A DNA stretch of 64,000 nucleotides, taken from an uncultured Gemmatimonadales bacterium (GTDB lineage Bacteria > Gemmatimonadota > Gemmatimonadetes > Gemmatimonadales > GWC2-71-9). The notes beneath the pieces were generated by a model. That model was not told the DNA's origin, did no database searches, and saw only the letters and a program-made list of their open reading frames with translations. Below are positions 1 through 9,588 of the stretch, piece by piece (the stretch's first letter is position 1; each line of letters begins with the position of its first letter). The stretch spans positions 256,001-320,000 of the forward strand of contig CAVUAK010000002.1 of assembly GCA_963739455.1 (NCBI GenBank), given 5' to 3'. Made by a program: the position numbers and the translations under genes.

Positions 1-1174
1 CGGCGAGACAGGTCATTGCTGCCACCAGCGATACCCAGCGAAGGCTCTTCGTTTCCTTCGCCAGTCGGGCGTTGGCCGCATTCACCGCCGCGAACACCAT
101 CAGGAATCCTGCGCTCGACACCGCTGACAGTGCGTGCAGGTTCATCGTGGTGGTCGCGATGACGCCCGCCGTGGTGAGGAACGCCAGCTTCCATGGGTGA
201 CCACCAAATACCGTCCCCGCCCGCTTCCACCGGTGCGGCCCCTCCTCGGCGAGCATCCCCATCAACCGGGTTGACCCGAAGATGTCAGCGTTGATCGCGG
301 ATACCGCCGCCACCACCGCGCCGACCGCCATGTAGCCGAACCCGAAGTGGCCCATGAACGTTTCGGCCACTGCCGAGATCGCATGATCCTTCTGCGCCTC
401 GAGCTGCTCGAACGGCAGGTGCCCGACCGACACCACCACGATCGAGATGTACAGCAGCATCGCCACGAGCACGCTGCCGTAGAATGCCGCCGGCAGTGTC
501 TTCGCCCGGTTCGTCACCCGGGGCGAGGCATTGGCAATGAGTTCGAAGCCCTCATAGCTCAGGAAGATCAGCATGCCGGTGACGAAGATGTCGACCGGCC
601 CCACCCAGTTCGCCGGGCCCAGTCGTTCCACTGACAACCCGCGGCTCGCGAGTCCCAGCACAATGAAGCTGCCGAGCACCAGGAGCTTCGCCACGTTGAG
701 CACGCCTTCCCACCGGTCCATCGCCGCCGGGAGCGCACCGTTCGCCACCCCGAGCAGGATCAGCACCCCCGCCGCGAGGAACGGTTGCAGGTGCGACCAG
801 CTGCCGGGGAGCAGCAGTGCCGCATACGTCGCGAACGCGTTGGCGTACAGCGCCATGATCACGATGTAGCTCAGCACCAGCAGCGTGCTCAGCCGCTGGC
901 TCAGGAAGCCGCTGCCGAAGCCGCGGTTCAGGAATGCCACCGTGCCGCCGGTGCTCGGGAAGGCGATGGAAAGCTTGCTGTAGGAGTAGGCCGTGAGGAG
1001 GGCGACGACGCCGGCCACGAGGAACGACAGCCAGGCTGAGCCACGCGCGTCGGATACCGCGAGCCCGAGGGTGGCGAAGATGCCGCCGCCCACGATGCCA
1101 CCGATCCCGATGGAGAATGCGCCGAGAAGCCCTATCGCATCCCCGGCGCCGCTTCCGCCCTTCGCGTCACTCAC
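1..1174 (-). CDS. APC-family amino acid permease (3' end runs off the window)
   Basis: Manual translation from GTG at 1174 gives MSDAKGGSGAGDAIGLLGAFSIGIGGIVGGGIFATLG, the APC TM1 motif, followed by many hydrophobic segments. The start overlaps the TetR stop. Confidence 0.8.
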   Translation of the reverse strand, partial: MSDAKGGSGAGDAIGLLGAFSIGIGGIVGGGIFATLGLAVSDARGSAWLSFLVAGVVALLTAYSYSKLSIAFPSTGGTVAFLNRGFGSGFLSQRLSTLLVLSYIVIMALYANAFATYAALLLPGSWSHLQPFLAAGVLILLGVANGALPAAMDRWEGVLNVAKLLVLGSFIVLGLASRGLSVERLGPANWVGPVDIFVTGMLIFLSYEGFELIANASPRVTNRAKTLPAAFYGSVLVAMLLYISIVVVSVGHLPFEQLEAQKDHAISAVAETFMGHFGFGYMAVGAVVAAVSAINADIFGSTRLMGMLAEEGPHRWKRAGTVFGGHPWKLAFLTTAGVIATTTMNLHALSAVSSAGFLMVFAAVNAANARLAKETKSLRWVSLVAAMTCLA

Positions 1175-1884
1175 TAGGGCGCGTCGAGCGGCTCGTCGCC
1201 ACCGAAGAGGTCGATGGTCGGCTCGGCCACCATGCCGGGCCGTCCGGCGCGCTTGCGCAGGTCGCTGGCACGGTCGCGCGACGTGATGCCCTGCCCCACG
1301 GCACCGGCCAGGCTCTCGGCGTAGGTGTGGTCCAGCCGGCCTCCCGAGATGAGCGCGCGGTACCAGATGGCGCCGAGCAATTCATCGATCACCACCTCGA
1401 GGTCCACATCGGGGTGCACTTCTCCCCGTGCCACGCCCCGCTCGAGCAGTTCCCGCACGGCAGCGCGCGCCGGCGCCACGAACCGCTCCCGGAACAGGCG
1501 GCCGACCTCCGGGTCGGCGTGACTGGCGGCCACGAGGCCCGCGACACTCCGGCGCAGCGACTCATCGCTCGCCGAGGCCGACACCACGCCGGCAAAGGTC
1601 GCGAGGTCACGACGAAGTGAGCCGCTGTCGGGGATAGGTGCGGTGACATCGTCCTGCGAGAGGAATGCCTCCACCAGGACTGCTGCCCGGGAGGACCACC
1701 GACGATAGATGGTCTGCTTCCCGACGGCGGCTCGCTCGGCGATCGCCTCGATGGTGACGCCGTCCACACCGCGTTCCTCCAGCAGCGCGGCGGCAGCGCG
1801 CAGGATGGTGCGCCGCAGCCCTTCGTTGCGGGGGCGCCCACGCCGGCGGGGAGCTGGCGGTGACGAGTCGGGCGAGTCAGTCAC
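1174..1884 (-). CDS. TetR/AcrR family transcriptional regulator
   Basis: RRRGRPR followed by HTH (VTIEAIAERAAVGKQTIYRRW) and PDSGSLRRDL C-terminal domain motif. Confidence 0.9.
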   Translation of the reverse strand: MTDSPDSSPPAPRRRGRPRNEGLRRTILRAAAALLEERGVDGVTIEAIAERAAVGKQTIYRRWSSRAAVLVEAFLSQDDVTAPIPDSGSLRRDLATFAGVVSASASDESLRRSVAGLVAASHADPEVGRLFRERFVAPARAAVRELLERGVARGEVHPDVDLEVVIDELLGAIWYRALISGGRLDHTYAESLAGAVGQGITSRDRASDLRKRAGRPGMVAEPTIDLFGGDEPLDAP

Positions 1885-1908
1885 AGGCGAAATAGGCGGC
1901 GCCGCGTT

Positions 1909-1931
1909 GCGAGACGATACGGTTCATTATA
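1909..1931 (-). promoter_or_regulatory. Putative TetR operator next to a TATAAT hexamer
   Basis: Imperfect inverted repeat GAGACG-ATA-CGGTTC about 30 nt upstream of the tetR start; TATAAT on the minus strand at 1926-1931. Confidence 0.4.
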
Positions 1932-1958
1932 GGCCTGTCCACCCCGGAGCGCGAGAGG

Positions 1959-3389
1959 TCAGCGGTAGATCGACTCTGCGCGCGATCCGGTGACCCGGTT
2001 CCGGCCCCGTCGCTTGGCGTCGTAGAGGGAGGCATCGGCTTGCGCGAAGAGGTTGTCCACGTGGCGGCTGGTCTCGGGCCACTGGGCCACCCCGAACGAC
2101 GCCGTGAGCAGCCAGGGCGTGCCCTTCCAGTTCCATTCCGAGGTCTCGAGGGCATCCCGCACCCGTTCCGCCACGGCGAGCGCCTCGTCGTAGCTGACGT
2201 CGGGCAGCCAGAGCACGAACTCTTCCCCGCCGATGCGTGCGGCGAGGTCCCGGCCGCGCAACTGCCCCTTCAGGAGCCCCGCGACGTGCAGCAGCGCCGC
2301 ATCGCCGGCGGCGTGGCCGAGGGTGTCATTGAGGACCTTGAAGCGGTCTACATCGGACAGTACGTAGGCACCACGCTGCAGGCCCACGCGATGCATCGCG
2401 CCCTCCAGCGCGCGCCGGTTCGCGAGGCCGGTGAGGCGGTCGCGCGTTGCCTCTTCCTCGCGGAGCCGGTACTCGCGGGCTCGCCACGCGTGTGGCGCCG
2501 CGCGCCGGATGAGGTCGCGGACCCGCTGCTGGATCTGGTGCGGGAAGTTGCGCGCGCCCGAGGGCCAGATCGCCACGACACCGATACGCTCACCCGACAC
2601 CTCCATCGGGATGAGGATGGCGGGGCCAAGTGACCGGCGGCGATCGCCCGATGCCGCGCCGAGGGGCGGTTCGTCCGTCTCCTCGAATGATCCGCCGGCC
2701 CGCAGCATCGTCGCGAGCGGACTGTCCGGCGGCGCAACAGTACCGAGAAGGCGATCGTCGGCCTCGCCGGCGAGCCCCATGATGGTGAGTTCGTCCCGGA
2801 TGCGAACGGCGACGATGACGTCGGCCCCGGTGAGCTTCTCGAGCAGCAGCGCCAGCTGGCGGCCAACGCTCTCGATCGACTCGATGCTGGCGTCCCGTGC
2901 GTCGGCTGGCGCCAGCGCGGTGACCCGGGGGCGGCGCTTGAGTCCCTCGAGCAGCCGGTCGAGTTCGCCCTCGAGCCGGGCCACCGCATCGGAGGGTGTG
3001 CCGGGAGGCATGAGAGCACCGGCGGCAAAACCTGACCCGCAACGCACCACGAGCACCCCGGACTCGAGGCGCTCCACCAGCGGTCGCTCTTCGGTGCGGG
3101 CGCGGTCCAGCCGGACCTCGGCGGTGAACAGGTCATCACTCGACGGCGGCGGCATCGAGAGGCGCCGTGTCATCTCGCGTGGCAACTCGCCCCGTTCTGC
3201 CTCCACCGCCCACACCGCCATCGCGCCCAGTGACGCGCGCAGCCACTCCAGTCCGGGATCGGGCAGGAGGTGCGGTGCGACCGCATCGGCCGTCTCGCCC
3301 TCCGGTGCATGGCGTCGCGTGCGCGCGTACCACCCGATCGCAACGCCCACCAGGAGCGCAAGCAGGGCGGCGATCACAGCTTGAGCCAC
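1959..3389 (-). CDS. Membrane-anchored diguanylate cyclase (TM, GAF-like region, GGDEF domain)
   Basis: DRLTGLANRR, DVDRFKVLNDTLGHAAGD, RGRD I-site and GGEEF. Likely start is GTG at 3389 (VAQAVIAALLALLVGVAIGW), overlapping the corA end. Confidence 0.85.
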   Translation of the reverse strand: MAQAVIAALLALLVGVAIGWYARTRRHAPEGETADAVAPHLLPDPGLEWLRASLGAMAVWAVEAERGELPREMTRRLSMPPPSSDDLFTAEVRLDRARTEERPLVERLESGVLVVRCGSGFAAGALMPPGTPSDAVARLEGELDRLLEGLKRRPRVTALAPADARDASIESIESVGRQLALLLEKLTGADVIVAVRIRDELTIMGLAGEADDRLLGTVAPPDSPLATMLRAGGSFEETDEPPLGAASGDRRRSLGPAILIPMEVSGERIGVVAIWPSGARNFPHQIQQRVRDLIRRAAPHAWRAREYRLREEEATRDRLTGLANRRALEGAMHRVGLQRGAYVLSDVDRFKVLNDTLGHAAGDAALLHVAGLLKGQLRGRDLAARIGGEEFVLWLPDVSYDEALAVAERVRDALETSEWNWKGTPWLLTASFGVAQWPETSRHVDNLFAQADASLYDAKRRGRNRVTGSRAESIYR

Positions 3390-4297
3390 CCTCGCCGGCG
3401 GAACCAGGTGTAGATCACGAGCGTGATGAGCACCATGACACCCCACACCGCCGGGTATCCCCACCGCCGGGAGAGCTCCGGCATGAACTCGAAGTTCATG
3501 CCGTACACACCCACGAGGAACGTGAGTGGCAGGAAGAAGGCCGAGAACACGGTGAGGATGCGCATGACCTGGTTGGTCTTCTGCGACGACAGGGCGAGCT
3601 GCAGGTTGGTAAGGTTGGTGACGGACTCGAGCAGTTCGTCCGCATAGAAGTGCATCGCCTCGACGGTCTCGCGGACGTCCTGGTAGTGCGGGGTCGAGGC
3701 ATCGACCGGAGGGGAGAACAGCTTCAGCACCTCGAGGCTGCGCCACAGCATGCGCTTGCTCAGCGTCGTGCGGCGGCGCAGCACGTAGAGGTCGAGCAGG
3801 TCCTCCGTGTCGTGGTTGTTCTGGAAGAGCGCCGCCTCCACCTCGTCGAGACCCTCCTCGATCCTTTCAAGCGGCGGCTCGAATGTCGCAAGTCCGCGGT
3901 CGATGATGTCCAGGATGAGGCGATGTGTTGGCGGCTCGCTGTTCACCTCACCGGCGTCGGTCGCGCGCCACTGCTGCTCGAGCGCGGTAAGGAACGGCAG
4001 CGGCTTCCGGTGAATCGTGACGACAAAGTCGGGTCCCGAGAAGATGGCCACCTTCCGGGTCATCTCGTGCACGGTGGCACAGTCCGGCGTCGATTCGGTG
4101 TCGAAGACGCGGATGATGATGAAATGGCGGTTGGGGAACTTCTCGAACTTGGGAAGGTGCTCGGGGTCGAGGCAGTCGCGAACAGAAGTGGTATGCAGTC
4201 CATAGAGGTGCGCCACCTCCGTCAGCTCTGACGCCGTCGGCTCGACCACGTCAACCCAGGTGACGCCCTGGGTGCCGTCAATGACGGTACGGATCAT
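3374..4297 (-). CDS. corA: CorA-family divalent cation transporter
   Basis: C-terminal LPLTFLVGVYGMNF (GMN motif), MPEL loop and two TM helices. Confidence 0.9.
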   Translation of the reverse strand: MIRTVIDGTQGVTWVDVVEPTASELTEVAHLYGLHTTSVRDCLDPEHLPKFEKFPNRHFIIIRVFDTESTPDCATVHEMTRKVAIFSGPDFVVTIHRKPLPFLTALEQQWRATDAGEVNSEPPTHRLILDIIDRGLATFEPPLERIEEGLDEVEAALFQNNHDTEDLLDLYVLRRRTTLSKRMLWRSLEVLKLFSPPVDASTPHYQDVRETVEAMHFYADELLESVTNLTNLQLALSSQKTNQVMRILTVFSAFFLPLTFLVGVYGMNFEFMPELSRRWGYPAVWGVMVLITLVIYTWFRRRGWLKL

Positions 4298-4322
4298 TCG
4301 GTCGCGCCCAGGCGGGCGCCGC

Positions 4323-5306
4323 TCACGCCACCTGCTCTAGCGGCTGGAGGTACCCCAGGAAAATCGACTCGGCCTCCGCAATCGACTCCACCTGGAAGAG
4401 GCGCTGCCGCAGGTCGCTCGCGCCGTGGAGGCCCCTGGTGTACCAGCCCAGGTGCTTCCGGAACTCCATGACCGTCTTGCGCGTGTCGCCCTGCAGCCGC
4501 AGCGCCAGCCGGGCGTGCTCGAGGGCCACCCGGAAGCGCTCCGCTGCGTCGGGCGCCTGGGGCAGCGCCTCGCCCGCCAGCAGGGCCTGCGCATCCCGGA
4601 AGATCCACGGATTGCCGAAGGCGCCGCGGCCGATCATCACCCCGGCGCAGCCGGTGTGCGCCTTCATCCGGACCACGTCCTCCGCGTGCTGCACATCGCC
4701 GTTGCCGATGACGGGAATGTCCAGCGCCTCCACCACCCGGGCGATCTCGTCCCAGCTGGCGCGCCCGCCGAACATCTGGGTGCGCGTGCGCGCATGCAGG
4801 GTGAACGCCCGGGCGCCCGCGTCCTGCATGCGGAGCGCGATGCCAACGGGATCGCGGTTCTCCTCGCTCCAGCCACTGCGCGTCTTCACGGTGACGGGGA
4901 GGTGCGTGGCGCCGATGACGGCACGGATGATCCGCGACACGAGTTCCGGTTCGCGCAGGCAGCCCGAGCCGCCGTTTCGCTGCACCACCTTCTTGACCGG
5001 GCAACCGAAGTTGATGTCGATGAATTCCGGTGCGTAGTGCTCGGTCACCAGCGCCGCGGCCTCCGCCATGGCGCCGGGATCGGCGCCATAGATCTGGATG
5101 CCGATGGGGCGCTCATGCTCCTCGAACTCCGCGCCCTCGAGCGTGGCCCGAATGCGGCGCCGGATCGCCTCCGACGAGAGAAACTCGGAAATGACGACGT
5201 CCGCCCCCGCCGACCGGCACACCTGCCGGAACGGGGCCTCCGAGACGCCGGCCATCGGCGCCAGGATGAGCGCGAAATCGTGTGCGGAGGGATATGGCAA
5301 ACGCAT
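4323..5306 (-). CDS. dusB: tRNA dihydrouridine synthase DusB
   Basis: LAPMAGVS, IDINFGCP, LHARTR, IGNGDV, GVMIGRG. ATG at 5306 is preferred because TATTTT lies 6 nt upstream; the ORF track starts at 5333. Confidence 0.9.
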   Translation of the reverse strand: MRLPYPSAHDFALILAPMAGVSEAPFRQVCRSAGADVVISEFLSSEAIRRRIRATLEGAEFEEHERPIGIQIYGADPGAMAEAAALVTEHYAPEFIDINFGCPVKKVVQRNGGSGCLREPELVSRIIRAVIGATHLPVTVKTRSGWSEENRDPVGIALRMQDAGARAFTLHARTRTQMFGGRASWDEIARVVEALDIPVIGNGDVQHAEDVVRMKAHTGCAGVMIGRGAFGNPWIFRDAQALLAGEALPQAPDAAERFRVALEHARLALRLQGDTRKTVMEFRKHLGWYTRGLHGASDLRQRLFQVESIAEAESIFLGYLQPLEQVA

Positions 5307-5399
5307 GCGCGCAAAATACTTGGCGATCGTCATTGGCCGCCAGCCCGGCCCTTGGTAGGGTTACGGCGGGCGGCCCCGCCGGATTATCTTGGCGGCCTC

Positions 5400-5852
5400 A
5401 TGCGACTCCGTGACTTCATCAGCGACGATGCAGTGCGACTCGACCTCGGCGGGGCGTCGAAGGACGACGTTCTCGAGGAAATGGCGAAGCTGCTTCGCGC
5501 CGATGATCGCGCCACGGCCACGCTGCTGCGCATTCTCCGCCGCCGCGAGCACCTTGGCTCGACTGGCGTCGGTCGTGGCATCGCCATTCCTCATTGCCGG
5601 ACGCTGGTGTCGAATCGATTGCGCGTGGCTTTCGCGCGGCACCCGGCGGGCGTCGAATGGGACGCAATCGACCGCCGGCCGGTGCGCTACCTGTTCCTGA
5701 TCGTGGCGCCGCCGCTCGAGGTATCGAACCAGTACCTGCCCGTGCTGGGACGCATCGCCCAGTTCGCCAAGGACGCCGACATTCCCGAGCGCCTGGCATC
5801 ACTCACCAGTCCCGCCGATTTCTTCGCGCTCCTCGAGGCGCGCGGCGTCTAG
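5400..5852 (+). CDS. PTS EIIA-domain protein (PtsN/fructose-type IIA)
   Basis: RREHLGSTGVGRGIAIPHCR contains the phospho-His motif; WDAIDRRPV. ATG at 5400 lies inside the long 4425 ORF. Confidence 0.85.
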   Translation: MRLRDFISDDAVRLDLGGASKDDVLEEMAKLLRADDRATATLLRILRRREHLGSTGVGRGIAIPHCRTLVSNRLRVAFARHPAGVEWDAIDRRPVRYLFLIVAPPLEVSNQYLPVLGRIAQFAKDADIPERLASLTSPADFFALLEARGV

Positions 5853-5882
5853 AACCGTATCACTTCACGAGAGGGAGCACGG

Positions 5883-6326
5883 ATGTCCACGACCAAGGAC
5901 CTGAGCTGGGGCGGCATCGCGCTTCGCCTCCTCGCGGCGCTGGTGCTCGTCTACCTGACGTTCAATCCGTTCGGCGTCTCCTGGTTCCACTGGACGATCA
6001 CCCCGCTCCTCGACACCCCTACCGCCGCGCTGCGCTCCATCACGCCGCTCAAGGTGCTGGCCGGTATCGCGCTCCTCGGCGGATGGTGGTTCTTCATCCA
6101 GGCATCGCAGCGCTCGCTCGGCACCGCCGGCGCCTTCATCGTCCTCGCGCTGTGCGCAACCTTCTTCTGGGGACTCAGCTACTGGCACATCTTCACGCCC
6201 GGCTCCAGTTCCGCGATCGCGCACCTGGTGCTGATCACCGTGGCACTCGTCCTCGGCCTGGGCCTGTCCTGGTCGGCCGTGAAGCAGCGCATCACCGGCC
6301 AGGTGGACACCGACGTTATTGGCTGA
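5883..6326 (+). CDS. Hypothetical membrane protein (about 4 TM)
   Basis: RBS-like GAGGGAG upstream; hydrophobic helices; TFNP motif and ITGQVDTD tail. Confidence 0.75.
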   Translation: MSTTKDLSWGGIALRLLAALVLVYLTFNPFGVSWFHWTITPLLDTPTAALRSITPLKVLAGIALLGGWWFFIQASQRSLGTAGAFIVLALCATFFWGLSYWHIFTPGSSSAIAHLVLITVALVLGLGLSWSAVKQRITGQVDTDVIG

Positions 6327-6843
6327 CGGGAGGCACTGCCTTCCGCGCCAGCAGTACCCCGGCCACGACACTCACCAGGTAAAGCACGATCCCCACCCCA
6401 TGCACCGCGCGACCGATCGCCAGGTCCCGGTGCAGCAGGTCAAGCTCGTCCAGGATCCACAACCAGTCATGTTCCCCGCCTCCCACCAGCGGCAGGTCCT
6501 GGGCCCGCGCGTCGCTGATGTAGCGCGCGATGTTCCAGCAGTTCTGGCCCGTCCACCACAGCGGCACCGTCGCCGCGTGCCAGTCGCGCTGCACGGCGAA
6601 ATAGACCGCGAATGTGAGGGGGACAATCAGCTGGAAGAGCGTACCACCGAGCACGTTCATGAACTCGCCGAACGGGGCGAACAGCAGGTGGCCCGTTTCG
6701 TGGATCGCGAGGTCGATGTTGTCGACGAAGCCGAAGTGACCGGGGTGCGTGGCCAGGAACCAGCCGTAGATCGCCAGGACGCCCGTCAGGATCAGCCGCG
6801 GATAGTCCCAGGGGCGTCGAGGTCCGGCACTGCTAACTTGCAC
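6316..6843 (-). CDS. Membrane protein with HExxH motif (putative M50-like metallopeptidase)
   Basis: IHETGHLLF, GGTLFQL, YISDAR, GGGEHDW; several TM segments. Confidence 0.7.
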   Translation of the reverse strand: MQVSSAGPRRPWDYPRLILTGVLAIYGWFLATHPGHFGFVDNIDLAIHETGHLLFAPFGEFMNVLGGTLFQLIVPLTFAVYFAVQRDWHAATVPLWWTGQNCWNIARYISDARAQDLPLVGGGEHDWLWILDELDLLHRDLAIGRAVHGVGIVLYLVSVVAGVLLARKAVPPVSQ

Positions 6844-6871
6844 GTTCGGCCTTTCATTTCCCTGAGGTCCG

Positions 6872-9289
6872 ATGCCTCACGACGAACTCGACGGCCTGGA
6901 AGTTGGCGCATACACCCTGGAACGTCCCCTCGGTCATGGGGGGATGGGCTCGGTCTGGCTCGCCCACCGCACGGACGGTCGCTTCGAGGGTCGTGTTGCC
7001 GTCAAGCTGATGAACCTGGCCCTGGTCGAGTCGCTCGCCGTGGAGCGGTTTCGCCGTGAGGGCTCGCTTCTCGCGCGGCTCACCCACCCCGGTATCGCGC
7101 GACTGCTCGACGCCGGCGTGGCTGCCACCCGCCAGCCATACCTCGTCATCGAATACATCGATGGGTTGCCGATCGACCGGTACGCCGACCTCGCGGTGCT
7201 GTCGGTACCCGACCGTCTCAGCCTTGCGCTGCAGGTGCTCGACGCCCTGAGCCATGCGCACACCAACTTTGTCGTTCACCGCGACATCAAGCCGACCAAC
7301 ATCCTCGTTACTCCCGACGGGACCGTCAAGCTGCTCGACTTCGGGATCGGGAAGCTCCTCGGCCAGGAAGAGGGAGGAGATGACAGCCAGCTCACTGCAG
7401 CGGGCGGTCGCGCCTTCACACCCGCCTTCGCGGCGCCTGAACAGGTACTCGGCGGGCCCATTACCATGGCGACCGACGTCTACTCGGTGGGCGTATTGGT
7501 CTACCTGCTCGTGGCGGGGCACCACCCGATGGCCGGGCCGGGACAGGCGCCCGCTTCAATCCCTGCCCTGAGCGATATCGAACCGGCGCGCATCGGGCTG
7601 GGCGACCTCGACAGCGTGCTGCTCAAGGCACTGAACCGCCCGCCCGCCGACCGCTACCAGACTGCGCAGGAGTTCGCGGACGACCTGCGCCGGTATCTCG
7701 CGCAGCGGCCCGTGCGCGCCCAGCCCGATTCCGCGACCTACCGGATGAGGAAGTTCCTTCGGCGGCATCGCGACCTGGTGATCGTCGGAACTGCGATCAC
7801 CGCTGCCCTCATTGGCATGGCGACCTTCTCCTTTCGACAGATGACCGCGGCTCGGACCCAGCGCAACGTCGCCATCCGCTCCAGCCAGCGCGAGGGCGCG
7901 CTCAGTGAGCTCCAGGGAATCCTGGCTGCTGACCTGCCCGGCCCCGACGGAAAGTCCCTGTCGATGGCCGGCCGCATCGCGAAGGCCGAGGAAGTGCTTG
8001 GCCGCCGCTACCGCAACGATCCCTGGCTCGTCGCCACCGTGCTGGTCGATCTCTCCGGTCGTCACTTCGAGGTGGGTGACCTTGCGGCCCAGCGCGAGAT
8101 GCTCGAGCGCGCCCGAGCGGTTGCGAAGCAGGCCAGCCTCGGCTCCCCGCTGGCACTGGCCGACTGCACGCGCGCCATCAATTTCTGGCTGCTCGATATC
8201 CTCGACTCGGCGCGCGCGGATGTCGCCGAGGCCAATGCGGCGCTGGCACGTGATCCCGATCCGGATCTCTCGGTGAAATCCGTCTGTCTCGAGGCGGAGG
8301 GCAAGCTCCTCCAGTCGGCGGGCGAGACCGACCAGGCGGTGGCCCTGCTGGAACAGGCGCTGGCCATCGAGCAGGCGGAGCCGAATGGCGGCCGCCAGCT
8401 CTCGGTCGAGAACTCGCTCGCCGAGGTGCTGCGCCTCTCGGGCCGCACGCGTGAGGCGGTGCCCCACTTCCGTCACATTCTCGCGGAACTGGAAGCGAAC
8501 GGCTACGGTGACACCGACGCCTGGCCCAATGTCGTCGCGTTCCTCGCGGCGTCCCTGGAGGAACTGGGTGAGCTGGCCGAACTGAACGTCTCGCTTCGAG
8601 AGTATGTGCGCACCCGACAGGGCGCGTCCGGTGCACCGATCGCTTCGCGACTCTCCCTGCTTTACGGAGTGAGCTTCCTCCGACTGGGCGCGCTCGACTC
8701 GGCCGAATGGTGGATCGGGAAGGCGCTGGAGGATACCACCGGACGAGCCGGCCTCTTCGAGGCGCAGCTCCCCACGGTGCTGTCGCAGTTGCGGCTGGAC
8801 CAGGGGCGCCTGGCGGACGCGCGTGTGCAGGTGGGCAAGCTGCCCGCGCGGGCACGTGGCCAGCGCGCCACGGCGGCGATGATGCAGGCACGAGTCCGGC
8901 GGGCGCAGGGTGATGCCGATGGGGCCTCAAGGCTGCTGGAGCTCGAGCTGTCGAAGTTGGAGATTGACACCCTTCCCAAGCTGGCGCTCTTCACCCTTCC
9001 CCTGGTGACGGCGGGAGACTGGCGGCTGGCCCGCGCCGATGCGCACGGCGCCGATTCGCTGGCTCGTCTGGCCCGCGAGGCAGCCGCAATCGATTCTCTT
9101 GCCCTTACCCGAAGCGCGCTTGTCGGCCGCGCCGAGTTGTTGCGCGCGAGGGCCCTTGCCGCCAACCGCGAGCTCGTCGAAGCGCGCAGGGCGGCAGAGC
9201 GTGCGGTGGCGGCCCTCGATAACGGCTACGGGAGTGAAAACGGTTGGTCGCGAATGGCGCGGGAACTGGTGGACTCGCTGTCGCGCTAA
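6872..9289 (+). CDS. Hanks-type Ser/Thr protein kinase with TM and TPR-like C-terminus
   Basis: LGHGGMGSV, VAVK, HRDIKPTN, DFG, APEQ, TDVYS; TM near residue 305; helical repeats after it. Confidence 0.92.
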   Translation: MPHDELDGLEVGAYTLERPLGHGGMGSVWLAHRTDGRFEGRVAVKLMNLALVESLAVERFRREGSLLARLTHPGIARLLDAGVAATRQPYLVIEYIDGLPIDRYADLAVLSVPDRLSLALQVLDALSHAHTNFVVHRDIKPTNILVTPDGTVKLLDFGIGKLLGQEEGGDDSQLTAAGGRAFTPAFAAPEQVLGGPITMATDVYSVGVLVYLLVAGHHPMAGPGQAPASIPALSDIEPARIGLGDLDSVLLKALNRPPADRYQTAQEFADDLRRYLAQRPVRAQPDSATYRMRKFLRRHRDLVIVGTAITAALIGMATFSFRQMTAARTQRNVAIRSSQREGALSELQGILAADLPGPDGKSLSMAGRIAKAEEVLGRRYRNDPWLVATVLVDLSGRHFEVGDLAAQREMLERARAVAKQASLGSPLALADCTRAINFWLLDILDSARADVAEANAALARDPDPDLSVKSVCLEAEGKLLQSAGETDQAVALLEQALAIEQAEPNGGRQLSVENSLAEVLRLSGRTREAVPHFRHILAELEANGYGDTDAWPNVVAFLAASLEELGELAELNVSLREYVRTRQGASGAPIASRLSLLYGVSFLRLGALDSAEWWIGKALEDTTGRAGLFEAQLPTVLSQLRLDQGRLADARVQVGKLPARARGQRATAAMMQARVRRAQGDADGASRLLELELSKLEIDTLPKLALFTLPLVTAGDWRLARADAHGADSLARLAREAAAIDSLALTRSALVGRAELLRARALAANRELVEARRAAERAVAALDNGYGSENGWSRMARELVDSLSR

Positions 9290-9564
9290 GTGTCGTCGCC
9301 TTGCACCGTCTCGCGGATCTGCAGCCGACGCACCACCAGCTCATCCACCTCCAGGCGCCGGATCCGGACCCGATGGATGGCAAGCTTGCCGATTGCCAGG
9401 GCACCGATCGCAACCGCGCCCAGGGCCAGTGCGCCAAGGGCAAGTGAGCCGATGGCGAGGGTCCCTACCGCCTTGGCACCGGCCTTCTCGGACCGGAGGA
9501 TGACGTCCTCATCGCCGGGCCAGTCCCGCCGCGACCCCCGACCCAGCCTGCGCGAATGGAGCAT
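9286..9564 (-). CDS. Small hypothetical protein with G-x-L/V-A-I/L pentapeptide repeats
   Basis: GTLAI-GSLAL-GALAL-GAVAI-GALAI-GKLAI followed by RVRIRRLEVDELVVRRL; AGGA upstream. Confidence 0.6.
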   Translation of the reverse strand: MLHSRRLGRGSRRDWPGDEDVILRSEKAGAKAVGTLAIGSLALGALALGAVAIGALAIGKLAIHRVRIRRLEVDELVVRRLQIRETVQGDDT

Positions 9565-9588
9565 TGCGTCTTCCTGTTGGATCTTTCG

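Noticed and set aside
3390..3746. N-terminal extension of the diguanylate cyclase
   Set aside because: It overlaps corA in another frame and has low-complexity composition. The GTG at 3389 directly precedes the TM helix.
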